From the NCBI GenBank assembly GCA_013265495.1, contig MU058781.1:10025009-10089008 (forward strand): a DNA stretch of 64,000 nt, in the 5' to 3' direction. The stretch is from Vicugna vicugna (taxonomy: Eukaryota). Every line of letters starts with the position of its first letter. Within the stretch, counting starts at the first letter, position 1. Below, piece after piece: positions 37,966-49,935 of the stretch. The position numbers and the translations under genes were made by a program. A model generated the notes under the pieces. It was not told the origin of the DNA. It did not search any database and was given only the letters and a program-made list of their open reading frames with translations.

Positions 37966-38852
37966 AAGCCCAGACACCCGTTTTGTTTAAGCGCTCCAGG
38001 GAATTCTAATGTGCATCAAGGACTGAGAAGTACTATCCTAAATAATTAAAATAGAACTACCTTCCTGCTGGCATGTATTGTCAGAAGTGATGTGAACACT
38101 TCCAGCTAATTGATAACAGAATCATGAAAAACCTGGTAACGATTTGGGGATAAAACTCCTCTCTCCCAATCCACTGCTTTTGAAAAAAAAAAAAAACTAG
38201 TTTGAACCTCTAGAGAAGAGAGAGAGATGTTTAAATTATTTGGGGAAAAAGAAATCTTTTTGCAGCAGGGAATAAATAAAAGCAAGTTAAGTCCAGAGAG
38301 AAGAATCTTTTACTTTGCTTCTGAATCAGTAGGATACAGCAGAAATCAGGCACTCATTTTTTAATAATTTTGTTTCACTAACTTGCTTAACATTTAGGAT
38401 TACTCCCCCCCAACCCATTATTCAGATCATAAGAGCTGGGGTGGGGGGGAAAGCCCTGAAAGTAGTGAATGCTTTTGGAGATATAAGATGCTAAAATATA
38501 TCTTAGAGCATTTCAAAGACAAGTAGTTATTCATTCTGCCTCTAGCAGCACATATATAATTGGGGTTGTGGGCCCAATCTCTTTAGCTTGAAATAAAATG
38601 AACATGTTTTTCTCATTTTTCACTCTCTGCATATTCATACGTAGTGGTTTTTCCCTCTTCTGAAAACAATGCACTCTAGTAAAACCACATTATAACCAGT
38701 CTTGACCTTGTTTTTTGTTTCATTCTAAGCTATGTTTGGGATACCTGACAATGAAAATCTAGATTCAACTTTTACAGCTGTTCTGAACTGTGGGCCAAAT
38801 CAAAGCTGAGAGAAGCTTTGTAGTTTCTGAAATTTCCCCTTTCCAGAAAGTA

Positions 38853-38935
38853 ACACAAAGTCTTGGGATGACTGAGCCACTGCCAGCTGGTGACACAAAG
38901 TCTTGGGATGACTGAGCCACTGCCAGCTGGTGACA
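38853..38935. repeat. Perfect 40-bp tandem duplication
   Basis: ACACAAAGTCTTGGGATGACTGAGCCACTGCCAGCTGGTG x2 + ACA. Confidence 0.97.
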
Positions 38936-39479
38936 GCTCTTGCAAGCCCTGCCTCCCCTCTCATCTCTCGGGACCTCAGCCGATTGAAGAAAGCCACCTG
39001 TTCTTAGGCCAATGGCTTTCACTGTAATCAAGAAATAACCACATAGGGGAGAAGAATCTCTTTGTTGGTTTTAGTGAGTGCCTTCAGAATTTGTGGTGTA
39101 ACCAAACATGAGCACACTTCAGCTGAAATGAATGCCATAGCAAAGTAGAGGCAGATTAATAACCAGTTATCTTTTTTTTTTTAAAAAATTAATTTTTTTC
39201 TTTTATTACCATATATATCTCTATTGATATTTGAGCTACTGCTTCATGTTTATGTAGCTATATAAAGAAGGTCTTTTTTCTCCCACTTTGAAGTTTCAGC
39301 TTTTTTAAAAAATTTTTGTAATCAAGAAGACCTTTGAAAGGAAGATGTTCCAGTGGTTAACAGTGACTTGTAAAAAGGGTTTGGGCAAGGAATCAGCGGT
39401 CTGAACACACCAGGACATGACCTAGGCTTGACCAGTAGATGTTTCCAACTCACAGTATTAAGTTGGAGCAGGCAGTTCA

Positions 39480-39752
39480 GAGAGAGAGACTGAAGGTGCA
39501 TTCGTAGCTCTCTCAGTGTCCAGCCCCATCAGTGTTCAGTGGTGGGGCAGCACCTCAACTGGACATTTCTGCCAAAAGCAGTTGTTTCTCTTCTTGCTTC
39601 TTGTCTGCAACAAATTCCTTTACTTTTGGTCTGTGACCTAAATTTAATTTTTATCTTCTGCTGATTCTGTGAGCCCATTATATTTCCGATAAATGCTTTT
39701 CTATGTACAGGATCAGTTTCTATTGCTTGCAACCAAGGATCTTACTGGATAC
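39480..39752 (+). mobile_element. Old MaLR LTR 3' part (MLT1-type)
   Basis: ATAAATGCTTTTCT...GTTTCTATTGCTTGCAACCAAGGATCTTACTGGATACA. Confidence 0.6.
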
Positions 39753-41932
39753 ACATGGGGTGAGAATGGTACAATCACTAGGACAGGAGGTGATAATTGT
39801 AATCCCAAACCTAGCAGTATTTCTTGGGAATGTTTCTGCAGTTTTGCAATATATGTGAAATTATAATCTGCAGCATAAACACAAGATTGGAGATAAATAT
39901 TGTAAAATTCCATTACAGAGTAATAAAAAGTTATAAGGATTTTTGAATTTTGAGAGTAAATATTTTTGATGGAATTCCTTCATATTAAGTAAATGCCCAT
40001 TTTTCTAAAATAAGGTGAATGCAGTCCTGCTTTGAAGGAGGCCTTGTCTGCGTTCTTCACAGATGATAGATGTTCAAGGCTCTCAGCAGTCAAGTTCAGT
40101 GCGAGAGATATTGCCATTTCTTTGTATTTTAATATTGGATTGGAAGTCTCATCCTCTGATGATTTGAATCTGGGTCAGATATTCACTATTGTGGGGTGGG
40201 GGAAGACCAGGAATAACCTTTCTATCTTTTGGAATGTTCCAGCCCTTTTATCAATCACTTAGGTCACCTACTTACAAAGGATTGCTCTCTGGGGCACCTA
40301 GACTTTGAGGAACCCCAAAGGAAAGAAAATAAAAGCATCTAAGCGGGCCTTTTGGTTGTGTGAGGGCTGCAGCAGGTGGATGGAGGGAGTCTAAGCCCTT
40401 GTCTGGTGAGCCAGAGCGAGTTGAACAAGAGAGTGGGGAAGCCCCCGGGAGTGAGGCCATTCTCTCTATAGTTTTCCTTTGTAAAGGATAAAGTTAGGGT
40501 TGAGTGAACCCAGAAGCTTTTTCCTGTCAGGGGGGAATTAGAACAAAGATTTCCTTTAAAGACAGTGTGCTTAGTACTGTTTAGTGACGGATGAATCTCA
40601 AAAGACTCAGTCGTGATAAAACCCCAATGTGTAGATTCTTGGTAGAAGCACAGAGTAACTTCTCTAAACTTTTCTCTACTTGTCCTTTGTTCCCCTGACA
40701 TCTCATTTCCTGTTTCTGGCTCTCTTTCCTCATTCTCCTAATCCCATCTGGCCCTTTACCTACAAGTATTATTATTTAAAAAAAAAAAAAACCAAAAAAC
40801 TGCAAGCTGTCCTTTTTCTGAAAAGAAATGGAAGTTCAAGGTGTTGAACAAGCATATTTTCACAATGGAGTGGCACAGCGCTGAGATGGTGGGACAAGGT
40901 AAAGTTCCTGTTTAGCATTTGACTTTCTGCCTGATCTTAACCTTCTAAAGTCATTTTCTCAAGAGGCTAATATTTATTTACAGTCTTCGTCTTGGAGAAA
41001 CAAATAATAACAGTTTGTAAGCCACTTAAAACACCCCCTGCTCCAGAAATGATAAATATGATGAAAATCCTACCGTCCACGCTGAAGGAAGAACTCTGTT
41101 CACTTTCCTATACTAATCCCCTAATTCCGGCTTTTCCTCAGCGGTGGGGTGCCTAGCTCCATGGGGTGGCACAGTTGCTTCTTATTTCTCTACATGTCCT
41201 AAGACATCACGTTGACTTCTTATTGTGACTCATGTTTAAGATGAATTTTTACTCCACGAGAATAATTTTTGTATGACCTTATCTTCAAATACAGTCCTCT
41301 GTAGTATTATATAGCCAGCATGCGCTGGACAAATACCTGTGGAAAATTGTTGAAAATCATTTGACTAAGGTGGCCTAATTACAAAAAGCCAGTGGGACTA
41401 TATAGCCCTGGTGTTCTGCACTTTGATTTCGTGTTCCTCTGTCACTCATATTTCTCCTTAGCAAATGTCTCTCAAACATCTACAGAAGTGAAAATAGAGA
41501 AATGGTCTCCCAGCGCATGCTTCCCAGGACTGCTGTGTGTGTGGCTCTTGCACAGATTTAACGGGAACCATCTCATTGTAGTCAGTCTGTGTGGCTGCCC
41601 TGATGCACGCCATCTTCCTGCATTTTCTCCCTTTCTTTAAGACAGGACTTACTAAATAATATTCACAGCAAAGGTATCCATTACATCACCAAACCAAATT
41701 TAAGCATACTGACTTTGCCAGTTATTCCATGATTTTGTGGAAGTTGGCTTCTATTTCCAGACTCACAGCACAGTAATTCCCCTCCATTCGTTTATGTTGT
41801 ACTTATTCATTGGGTTTCTACTCTAAGCCAGGTTCTTATATGATACCCCATATACTCTGGTCGTGCTTGCAAAACCTGAATTTGCTATGCTGTATTATAT
41901 TTCTAGATCTTTGCACGTAGACTATTTTGGCC

Positions 41933-42730
41933 TTTTTTTAAAATTAAGATATAATTAACAGACAGTAAAATTCATTCTTTTAGGGTACAGGTTTATGATT
42001 TTGGGAGATGCGTATAACCGAGTGACCAGCACCACACTTGAAATCTGGAACTGTTTCATCAACCCCACAGTTTTCTTCATGCCCATTTAAAGTCAGTGCC
42101 TTCTCCTGTCCCATAGAAAGCACTCATTTGTTTTCTCTCCCTAAGTTTTTCCCTTGTCCAATGTGGCACTTGGATGAAATCAGACATTATTAGGGCACTG
42201 GGAATGGCTTCTTTCACTTAGCATAATGCATCTGAGATCCATTCATGTCATTCTGTGCATCAGTAGTGTCTTCTTGTTATTGCTGGATACTAGTCCGTGG
42301 TAAGAACATACCACAGTTTGTTTATCCATTCACCCACTGAAGGACATTTGGATTGTTTCTAGTTTTTTGGAGATTACGAATAAACTGCTGTAAATAGTCA
42401 TGAAGGATCTTTTGTATAAACATGATTTTTCATTTCACTGAGGCCAGTACCTAGGAGGAGGAATTGCATCATTTGTTCAGTGGATGGTTGACTGTGTAAG
42501 AAATTGACAAACTGGTTTTGACAGTCGCTATAGCGTTTTAATCCCCACCAGCAACATGGGAGATATCAAGTTGCTCCCGGCTCTCTCCGATTCTTGGGAT
42601 TTCAGTAGTTTGTTTTTTATTTATTTATTTATTTTTGTCCATTCCAATACTAATGTAGTGGTAACTGTTTAGGGTTTTAATTTGCATTTCCTTAATAAGC
42701 AATGATGTTTACACATCATTTACTTGCCTG
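41933..42730 (-). mobile_element. Old L1 (L1MB/MC-type) 3' end
   Basis: T tail, GGCTTCTTTCACTTAGCATAATG, CACAGTTTGTTTATCCATTCACC, GTTTTAATTTGCATTTCCTTAATA. Confidence 0.88.
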
Positions 42731-43229
42731 TACTCTTACCTAATTTTTTCCTTAGTGTCTCTGTCGCATGCAGTTGCTTCACAATAGAGCAGATACCATC
42801 TTGCCTAGAACACCTCAGGCTGCCCCAGTCAGGGATAAGCTCTTCCTCCTCCGTGTCTGAGTGTCAATAGGAGCTCGCCTTTTTGGTGCATTTCTCACTT
42901 GCCTCCACCTGCCTATTTCATTATAAAGATGATGCATCGCAAATGAGTAAGACTCTGCTCTATTCAAGTGTGTATCTTGAGTGCCTATTTCAGAGCCTGA
43001 CACTTAGCTTTGGCCGATTTGTGATTAAATGTATGAATTCAGCTTAGTTTCCTCGTGTACCTAATAACAGGGTTAGACAGTGTAATTATGGTAGTCCTGT
43101 CTGTACAGATGCTGTATGATTCTATCCTTTGGTCCGCCCACAGGAACAAAATCTAGTAAGTGTGTTGAGACTGCAGGGTGAGGGCAAATAAGTATCTACA
43201 TGGCAATCGATAATATAATAATAAACTGC

Positions 43230-43460
43230 TATTAATAGTAATGTACTGAGTGCATTACAGGTAGCAAGAATTGTAGCGAGTCAGAGGTCTAATGCATTAT
43301 TTAATTTGTTCTCCGTAGCAACCTTATGAAGTTGATGTTACTGACTAATATCTTCACTTTACAAATCAGGAAACAGAGTATGGAAGAGGTTTAAGGATCT
43401 TTGTCGAAAGTCACCCAGCTATTAAGTTGCAGAGCTGGGCTGTGAACGCTGGTCTATCAC
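43230..43460 (-). mobile_element. MIR SINE
   Basis: CAACCTTATGAAGT...CACTTTACAAATCAGGAAACAGAG...AAGTCACCCAGCT. Confidence 0.75.
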
Positions 43461-45989
43461 TGTCTACACCCTCTGCTGTGCCCTGCTGAGCAGCTTGGTT
43501 CCTGTCCTATGCCGTGCACTGTCCTAGATATACTGCAGCCTCTGTATGCTCATCTATCCATTCTAACAATCAGAGCTTAAAGACCTAGGAAGTTAGGGAT
43601 CTCCTGCCTTTGAATTAAACTAAATAAAATGTTAGTGTCTTATAAATATCTTCTTTGAATAGATACTGAGGGAACACAGAAATAATGGGTGGAATTTAAT
43701 GAGCTCTTTGGATGTCCAAGGTACTTTATCAGAGTTGAACATCTGTACCTTTGTATGAGAAATCACAATGCTCTATCCTAGGTGGATGAATGAGGAGGCT
43801 GATTTCCTGCTGCTCGGAGTTCACAGCTGTTAAGTACCAGCAGTTTATGTAAGCTATTTGGGCAGGGGGCAGAGGGTCTGTTTCCTCCATCACTCCTGTC
43901 CCTCAGCCCAAGATCCTGTTGCTTCCCTTAATTGCTTCTGCTCTTTTTTTGGTGGTACCTGACAGTTTATTAAGGCAGAGGGAAACAACAGTGATTTATC
44001 ATTAAAATTCCACTGTAATTACATTTCCACACACACGGGCTCTTGTCAGCCTTACAATTCAGCCTGATATTGCATAAGTTAGTATTATTAGGATATTAAC
44101 AACTACTAGATGGTAGGCAGAGCAGTCTGTTGTTTCATTAAGCAATAAGTGAGAGGCAGGTATGTGCTGTTGAGGTTACTGACAAGTGAGCAAAGCCCTG
44201 GGTGCAGAGGTAGACTCCACTTGGGAACTGAACGCTGCACTGCCACCCACCTCGTTACGGAGATGTGCCATCAGTCACCCAAGTTGTTTCCTGAAAGTGT
44301 CTGGCCACGAGGAGCCTTGGAGGTTTGGCGTGGAGGGAACATGTTGAAATGCATTCAAGAAACTTAAATAGCCTTAACATAATATCCTTTCTAGGGTAAA
44401 TTCCTAAGGTTAGAGGAATGTCATTCTACCACACTGTGAGTTGCATGGACAATATCCTTGTCCCTTTCTTCTCCTTTTCATCTCTCTCAGGCTCAGGGGC
44501 CTTTCTTTTCTGTTCCACTAGAGAAATTGAACAGTGATGATCCTTCCTCCGAGCTTCTCACTTAGTCAACCTACAGACCCTACTATGCTGAGATGTCATC
44601 CAGACAGATCTAAAATCCTGTCTTAATCAATGAACTGTGTGGTGATGAAAATTCTGGTGATTATCTCTTTAAGTTCACAAGACGGTGAACAAAATGTATG
44701 AGATGGCTGTTGGTAGGAACACAAAAGTCTACTTTAAATTCTTCAACGCAAAATGGAGTTTTCATTGTGTGGCTGAAACTTGATAAATGAATTCCTGTGT
44801 TCTCCTAGGTCTGTCTCCATTCATGGATAGCTGTCTAATTATTGTTCTTTGTTGGGGAAACAGCCCGGGGTCTCCTATCTGCCACCCTGGTGATGTTCCT
44901 CCCCTGAAATTATGTTTTATTTGTTAGCTATGTTATGGGCCAAGCCAGCAACATGTCTATGAAAATGGAAAAAATATAGAAGACTAGTCAAAAGGAAATG
45001 TAGTAATATTTCTAAAAAGAAATAAAGTAAAATAAAGTCGTGAGAAATTATTTGTAAGTTGCGTGAAATGTCACAACTTGATGGGATGGCTTTAAAAGCA
45101 ACAGAGTGTTAGCTTCCACTGAGGTGAGGTTTATGTGTTGTTATTATTTGCTTTATTATAAAGTTTCTCCTTTCAGAATGTGTTGACAATTATCATGGAT
45201 TTTGTGTAGCCTTATAGATTTCTTCCCAGTTAGAAGTATCTATTAACTATCTAGGGTATTTGTAAGTAGTGTTCAGAATTTGTTGTAAGGTAGGACAAAG
45301 GTGTAACTTGAATCACGGAGGGGTTGGTGGAGGATAACTCTGTTAAGAAACAACACGCATGCAAGTAGCCCTGTCATTTTTGCTTCTTGCTTCCATCTGG
45401 CAGGTTACTGTGCCTGCCCCCACCTCTTTCTCAATCTCTTATCCACATTGTAAAAGCAGCAGTTTGGTCTGACACTTTGGGGGATGGTGAACCATGTTAA
45501 TCTCACACCATTGCTTTCATGTCTTGGATTTCTCATTAATTTGGACTTAGTAGTTTGCTAGAGATGAGAACTTAAAGCCACAGAAGGGCCTCTCCTTCTG
45601 TCTTAAGTCAGGCATTCCAACCAGATTTCTTATGGGCTTTAATTGGGAGTTATGGACAGTTGGATAATTATAATAATGTGGTAACTGAACTTCTCATTTG
45701 TCACTGTCTCTTGTGTGTATAGCTCTTTCTGAAATCTCGTAAGATTAGACGATGAGACCGTTGCAGGTTTGGAGCCTTCCTCCATCTAATTCTTATAAAT
45801 CGAGATAATAAAGAACCTCACCCTGATTCCTAATATTTTGGTTATTGTGTATTTTTCAGTGGATTAAGTCCAGTGATTCACTTTCAGACCTCTGTAAGAT
45901 GGTAGAAGCATACAAACCCTTCCCAGATTTGGTGAACTATAAGAAGAGGGGCGTTCGTGGACGTTATTTATATTTTGTTTTTCAAGTAT

Positions 45990-46120
45990 GTCTGCATATA
46001 TTTTTCCAACAGCATTGTAAGCACCTTGAAAATAAAAATGACATATTAGTCATATTTTTGTACTCTTTCACCAGGCAGAGCACGTGGTTAATGCTCAGTA
46101 AATGTTACATGAATAGAGCT
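45990..46120 (+). mobile_element. LINE-2 3' end
   Basis: ATTGTAAGCACCTTGAAAATAA...GCACGTGGTTAATGCTCAGTAAATGTTACATGAAT. Confidence 0.55.
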
Positions 46121-47057
46121 GATGGCTGTGTGTTAATGTTAATTGTCAAAAGGACTCATTTTCTGCAGACAGTTTTGTTATATTTCTATTTTTGACATTT
46201 TCGGAACATCATATTAACAGTTATTTGCAGGTCTTACTTTTGACCTTCCCGTATGAATTTATAAAGAAGAGTGGATCATTGGTACATTTGATTTAGAAAT
46301 TATAATTGCATTGTCGTTAATAGAAAGAAAGATTGAAAGTAGCAAAAGCACTGATCTTTCTGTTTATTTTCAGTACAGACTGTCAATCAGCAAGTCCTGT
46401 ATGTCAGCAATACCAGTTCAGTTGCATTGTTGAATGAATACATGTAAAATTAAATTTACTGAATTAAAGAGTTATGTAGCAATTTTAATTTGTTTACAGT
46501 TTTAGACAGGCTCAATTTGCTTAGCAATATATATAGCAAATTCTGTTAGGGTGTTTTGTTTAAAGACATGAGGGAGGGAGTTATTATTGTCTTTCCCACT
46601 TCTGTACATTTTCCATCCTAGTTTCTGCAGTTCTCCACTGCTTTTGGCAGAAGCCAGCCAAGTGGTCTTCTTTGTTCTGGTGTGCTTAGGCATCACCACT
46701 AAAAGCTTATGGGAAGAAGGCAGTTACTTCCAACAGTAGAATTTTACAAGGATTCTGACTTTGTGAAATTTTATGTGAGAAAATTTGGTGATAAGAAGAA
46801 CAGTTTTGGTCCAGGCCACATCTGACCCCATCAAGTAAGACTGATATAGCACAAAGATAAAACAATTGAATAATATTTGACTTGGCAAACTGTACATTTA
46901 GATTCCTTCCTAATCTAATTTATTCCTGTGCTAGAGTGCTTACAGGTAAAGTGCTGAAAATTGTGTCCTTCCAGTATGGAAAATTATGTCTTTTTGTGAC
47001 ACTCATTCAAACCTTAAAGCATGATTACACTACCCCATAACTAAAAAGACCTTGAAT

Positions 47058-47283
47058 TCTTTTTTATATTTGCAGTCTTTTTTATTGAAATATAGTCAGT
47101 TACAGTGTATCAATTTCTGGTGTACAGCATAATGTCCCAGTCATGCATATACATATACATATACATATATATATTTGTTTTCATATTCTTTTCCATTATA
47201 GGTTACTACTGGGTATTGAATATAGTTCCCTGTGCTACACAGTAGAAACTTGTTGTTTATCTATTTTATGTATCGTAGTTAGT
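47058..47283 (-). mobile_element. Young lineage-specific L1 3' end (camelid-like)
   Basis: TTTCTGGTGTACAGCATAATGTCCCAGTCATG...GAATATAGTTCCCTGTGCTA; TSD beginning CTTGAAT at 47051 and 47284. Confidence 0.88.
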
Positions 47284-47299
47284 CTTGAATCTCTTTAGG

Positions 47300-47555
47300 G
47301 AAGACTGTCCACTCAGCACTCTGGTTGGACTGTTGTGTATGAGAAATAAATTTTTAATGTTTAAGCTGCTAAGATTTCGGCTGGTATGGTCTTAACTACT
47401 ACAGTCACTAAACTTCAGTTTTTCTCATAGATTAAAATGAGGGTAAAGGTATTTAATCTTCGTGTATACAGTGATTATGAAGATTCTATTTAAGTTAATG
47501 CATGTAGAGCATGGAGTATGGAGGAAGCTCTGAAAAAATTAGCTATTGTTATGAG
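47300..47555 (+). mobile_element. MLT1 LTR 3' tip followed by a MIR fragment
   Basis: ATGAGAAATAAATTTTTAATGTTTAAGCTGCTAAGATTT...CTACA, then CTTCAGTTTTTCTCATAGATTAAAATGAGG. Confidence 0.55.
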
Positions 47556-49422
47556 GTTTTGCTATTTGTTATTCTTATATGGTCTCCAGCCATTTTACTA
47601 ACACTGGCATTTTCTAGAAGACTTGCAGTAGCAGACACCAAAGGATTAAACAGAAGTATATGTGTAAAGTAATTATCATGAGGAATATAGTCAGTGATGC
47701 CATTTCTTTTCCCCGGGGTTGGGAAAGGTTTCCATTGTTTCAGGTTGCTGAGTGCAGTATGCTCTGGGAAACATTGCCTTGAAATTACGTTGAGTAACCA
47801 GTGTAGCTTTGCTCTGTATGTGAAAACAGGAGATCAGTGCATAGTCCCTCCATCTTTTCCACTTCACTTCTCTTGTATTGAGAGATTACTTTTAAGCATC
47901 TTTCATCTCCAAGTATTACACTGGTTGATTTTATTTGTCCTTTAAAGCAGGAGGTATAACAGGGGGAACTCACTGGTGAAGCTCCCAGGGAACAGTAGTG
48001 GGAAGTCAGGCATGAGCTTCACCTGCAGGCACTGCAGAACAAGAGAACCAAAGTAGCATGCAGGGCAGAGAAGGAGGCCAGTGCCAGAGCTGGTCAGCCA
48101 ACGCCACCGTCACCTAAGGGCTATCAGGAAATGTGAATATGCTGCTCAGGCTTACTGTAGGTTGCACAAATTCCAGTTTATTCCTGTGTCCCAGTTTCTC
48201 AAGTCTTCTGAAGTTCACTAGTCAAATAGTCTCTTTTCTAAAGCATTTCTGCCTCCTTGAATAGAAGTGATGATTTTTTCCTGACCCAAAAAACAGGCTA
48301 GTATTCAAGTGATGTTCCACTCCTCAAACTCTATTCCAAAAAGAGTCTCTGTCTACTTTTTAGCTTATGAAGTACATTAATATGTTATTTTCTCGTATGA
48401 AAACTTTTCTAGGTCTGTGCATATGTTGGCTGTTGCTTTGGGGGCCATTTTTATTTGGCATATTATAGTGTGATATGAAGATTTTTATACACAAAGTAGC
48501 TGGGATGATGAAGTTGATAGAAACAAATTTAACCAAAAGTTACTTTAGAAGTATACTTTATCTCCCTTCATTTTTACCCAAGACAGAAGTGTTTTTGGAG
48601 ACAATAAAAGAAGGTAAGATGTCCACTCTAAAGAAAAGCAAAATGTAAATGTTGTCATTCTATGAGGGTTCTCAGATAGCCTTGCATTCAGGACCAAGTA
48701 ACTGTTCAGTAAAGCTCTGTCAATTCTAAGTGTGCTGTTGGTGTATGCAATAAAATCTGACGCTATGTTTACGTTCCAAGGTCACACAGCTTTGCAGTGT
48801 GAGAAGACTGGATTTGGATCATTAAAATTGTGGACACAATATCTCACTCACATGCTGCATGCTGACTGAGAAGCTTCTGTTGACTGAGCAAGTCTATCAT
48901 GTAAGAACTTCTCTGAGCAGCATTCTGTCAGTTAATGTCAGAGTGAATTGGAAAGAATTCAGGCAAGGCTGAGAGCCCTTGATCCAAATGGTATTTTGCT
49001 GACAAACACATCTGAACTGGAGAGTATTAACACAGCAGAACTTTCAAGAAAACCAAGACAATTTTTGATAGCGAAGTTCCCTTATATATGGTGGTTCCCT
49101 TTGTCTTCATACTTCTCCCTTGTAGAGTTTTATTCTTACATATTCTCATTCTAGCAGAAGGCTGATGTAAAATAACACATGATTTTCTACACTAGGTAAG
49201 ATATAGAGAGATGGACAGATAGAGATAGAGATATAGAGCTATCTCTCTCTGTAAGTCATCTGTCTAACTGGAGAAAAGAGGTAGAGATGGAATACTTTAA
49301 ATATTCCATGACATGTTAGGTTTCTATAGAAATTCTTTATGGTATTTATGTGATCAAAATATCTTACAAATTTAACTTAGAAAAACAACATTAAAATATG
49401 TAATATAGCAGAGCTTCTAAAA

Positions 49423-49444
49423 TGTGTGTATGTGTGTGTGTGTG

Positions 49445-49488
<44 letters not shown>

Positions 49489-49502
49489 TACATACATACA
49501 TG
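49423..49502. repeat. (TG)n-TATATA-(CA)n-(TACA)n compound microsatellite
   Basis: About 80 bp of alternating purine-pyrimidine. Confidence 0.92.
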
Positions 49503-49591
49503 ACTGGGACATTATGCTGTACACCAGAAACTGACACATTGTAACTGGCTATACTTAAATTAATTAATAAATAAAATTTAAAAAATAAAAA
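49500..49591 (+). mobile_element. Young lineage-specific L1 3' tip (camelid-like)
   Basis: TGACTGGGACATTATGCTGTACACCAGAAACTGACACATTGTAACTGGCTATACTT with A-rich tail; same family as the 47058-47283 copy. Confidence 0.85.
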
Positions 49592-49771
49592 GTACCTAAA
49601 ATATCTAAAAGGCTATTCCAAAGTATGCCATTTATCACTTCTGCTACTCTGAACAAGTTGCTTGTTCTTTCTGGTCTTCGGTTTCTTTATTGGCAGAATG
49701 ATAAGGGTAATTTTTTTATTGTGTTTAAGTACACTTGTTCTAATTTAATAAAAGTATTAAAGTAATAAGTC

Positions 49772-49935
49772 ATTGGGATGTAATATGCAGCATCGAGAAT
49801 GTAGAGTAGCTTTGTATGGTGACAGATGGAAACTAGACTTATCATGGTGATCATTTTGTAAGGTATAAAAATGTTGAATCACTATGCCATACACCTGAAA
49901 CTAATGTTGTAAGTCAATTACATTTCAATAAAATA
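49772..49935 (+). mobile_element. L1 3' end (L1MA9-like)
   Basis: TTTGTATGGTGACAGATGGAAACTAGACTTATCATGGTGATCATTTTG...CACCTGAAACTAAT...TCAATAAA. Confidence 0.8.

Larger units (their letters stand above)
37215..38035. mobile_element. MER5A split into two halves (about 37215-37353 and 37966-38035)
   Basis: Left CAGATGTACTGAATCAGAAT; right CTCCAGGGAATTCTAATGTGCATCAAGGACTGAGAAGTACT, collinear with the MER5A consensus. Confidence 0.7.

Noticed and set aside
44101..44120. CTCF-like CTACTAGATGGTAG (similar partial matches near 7835 and 51350)
   Set aside because: Mismatches at key core positions; not supportable without a PWM scan or ChIP data
48948..49154. 68-aa ORF with a protein-like N-terminus (ERIQARLRALDPNG...)
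   Set aside because: TTG start, no convincing flanking splice sites, no recognised homologue
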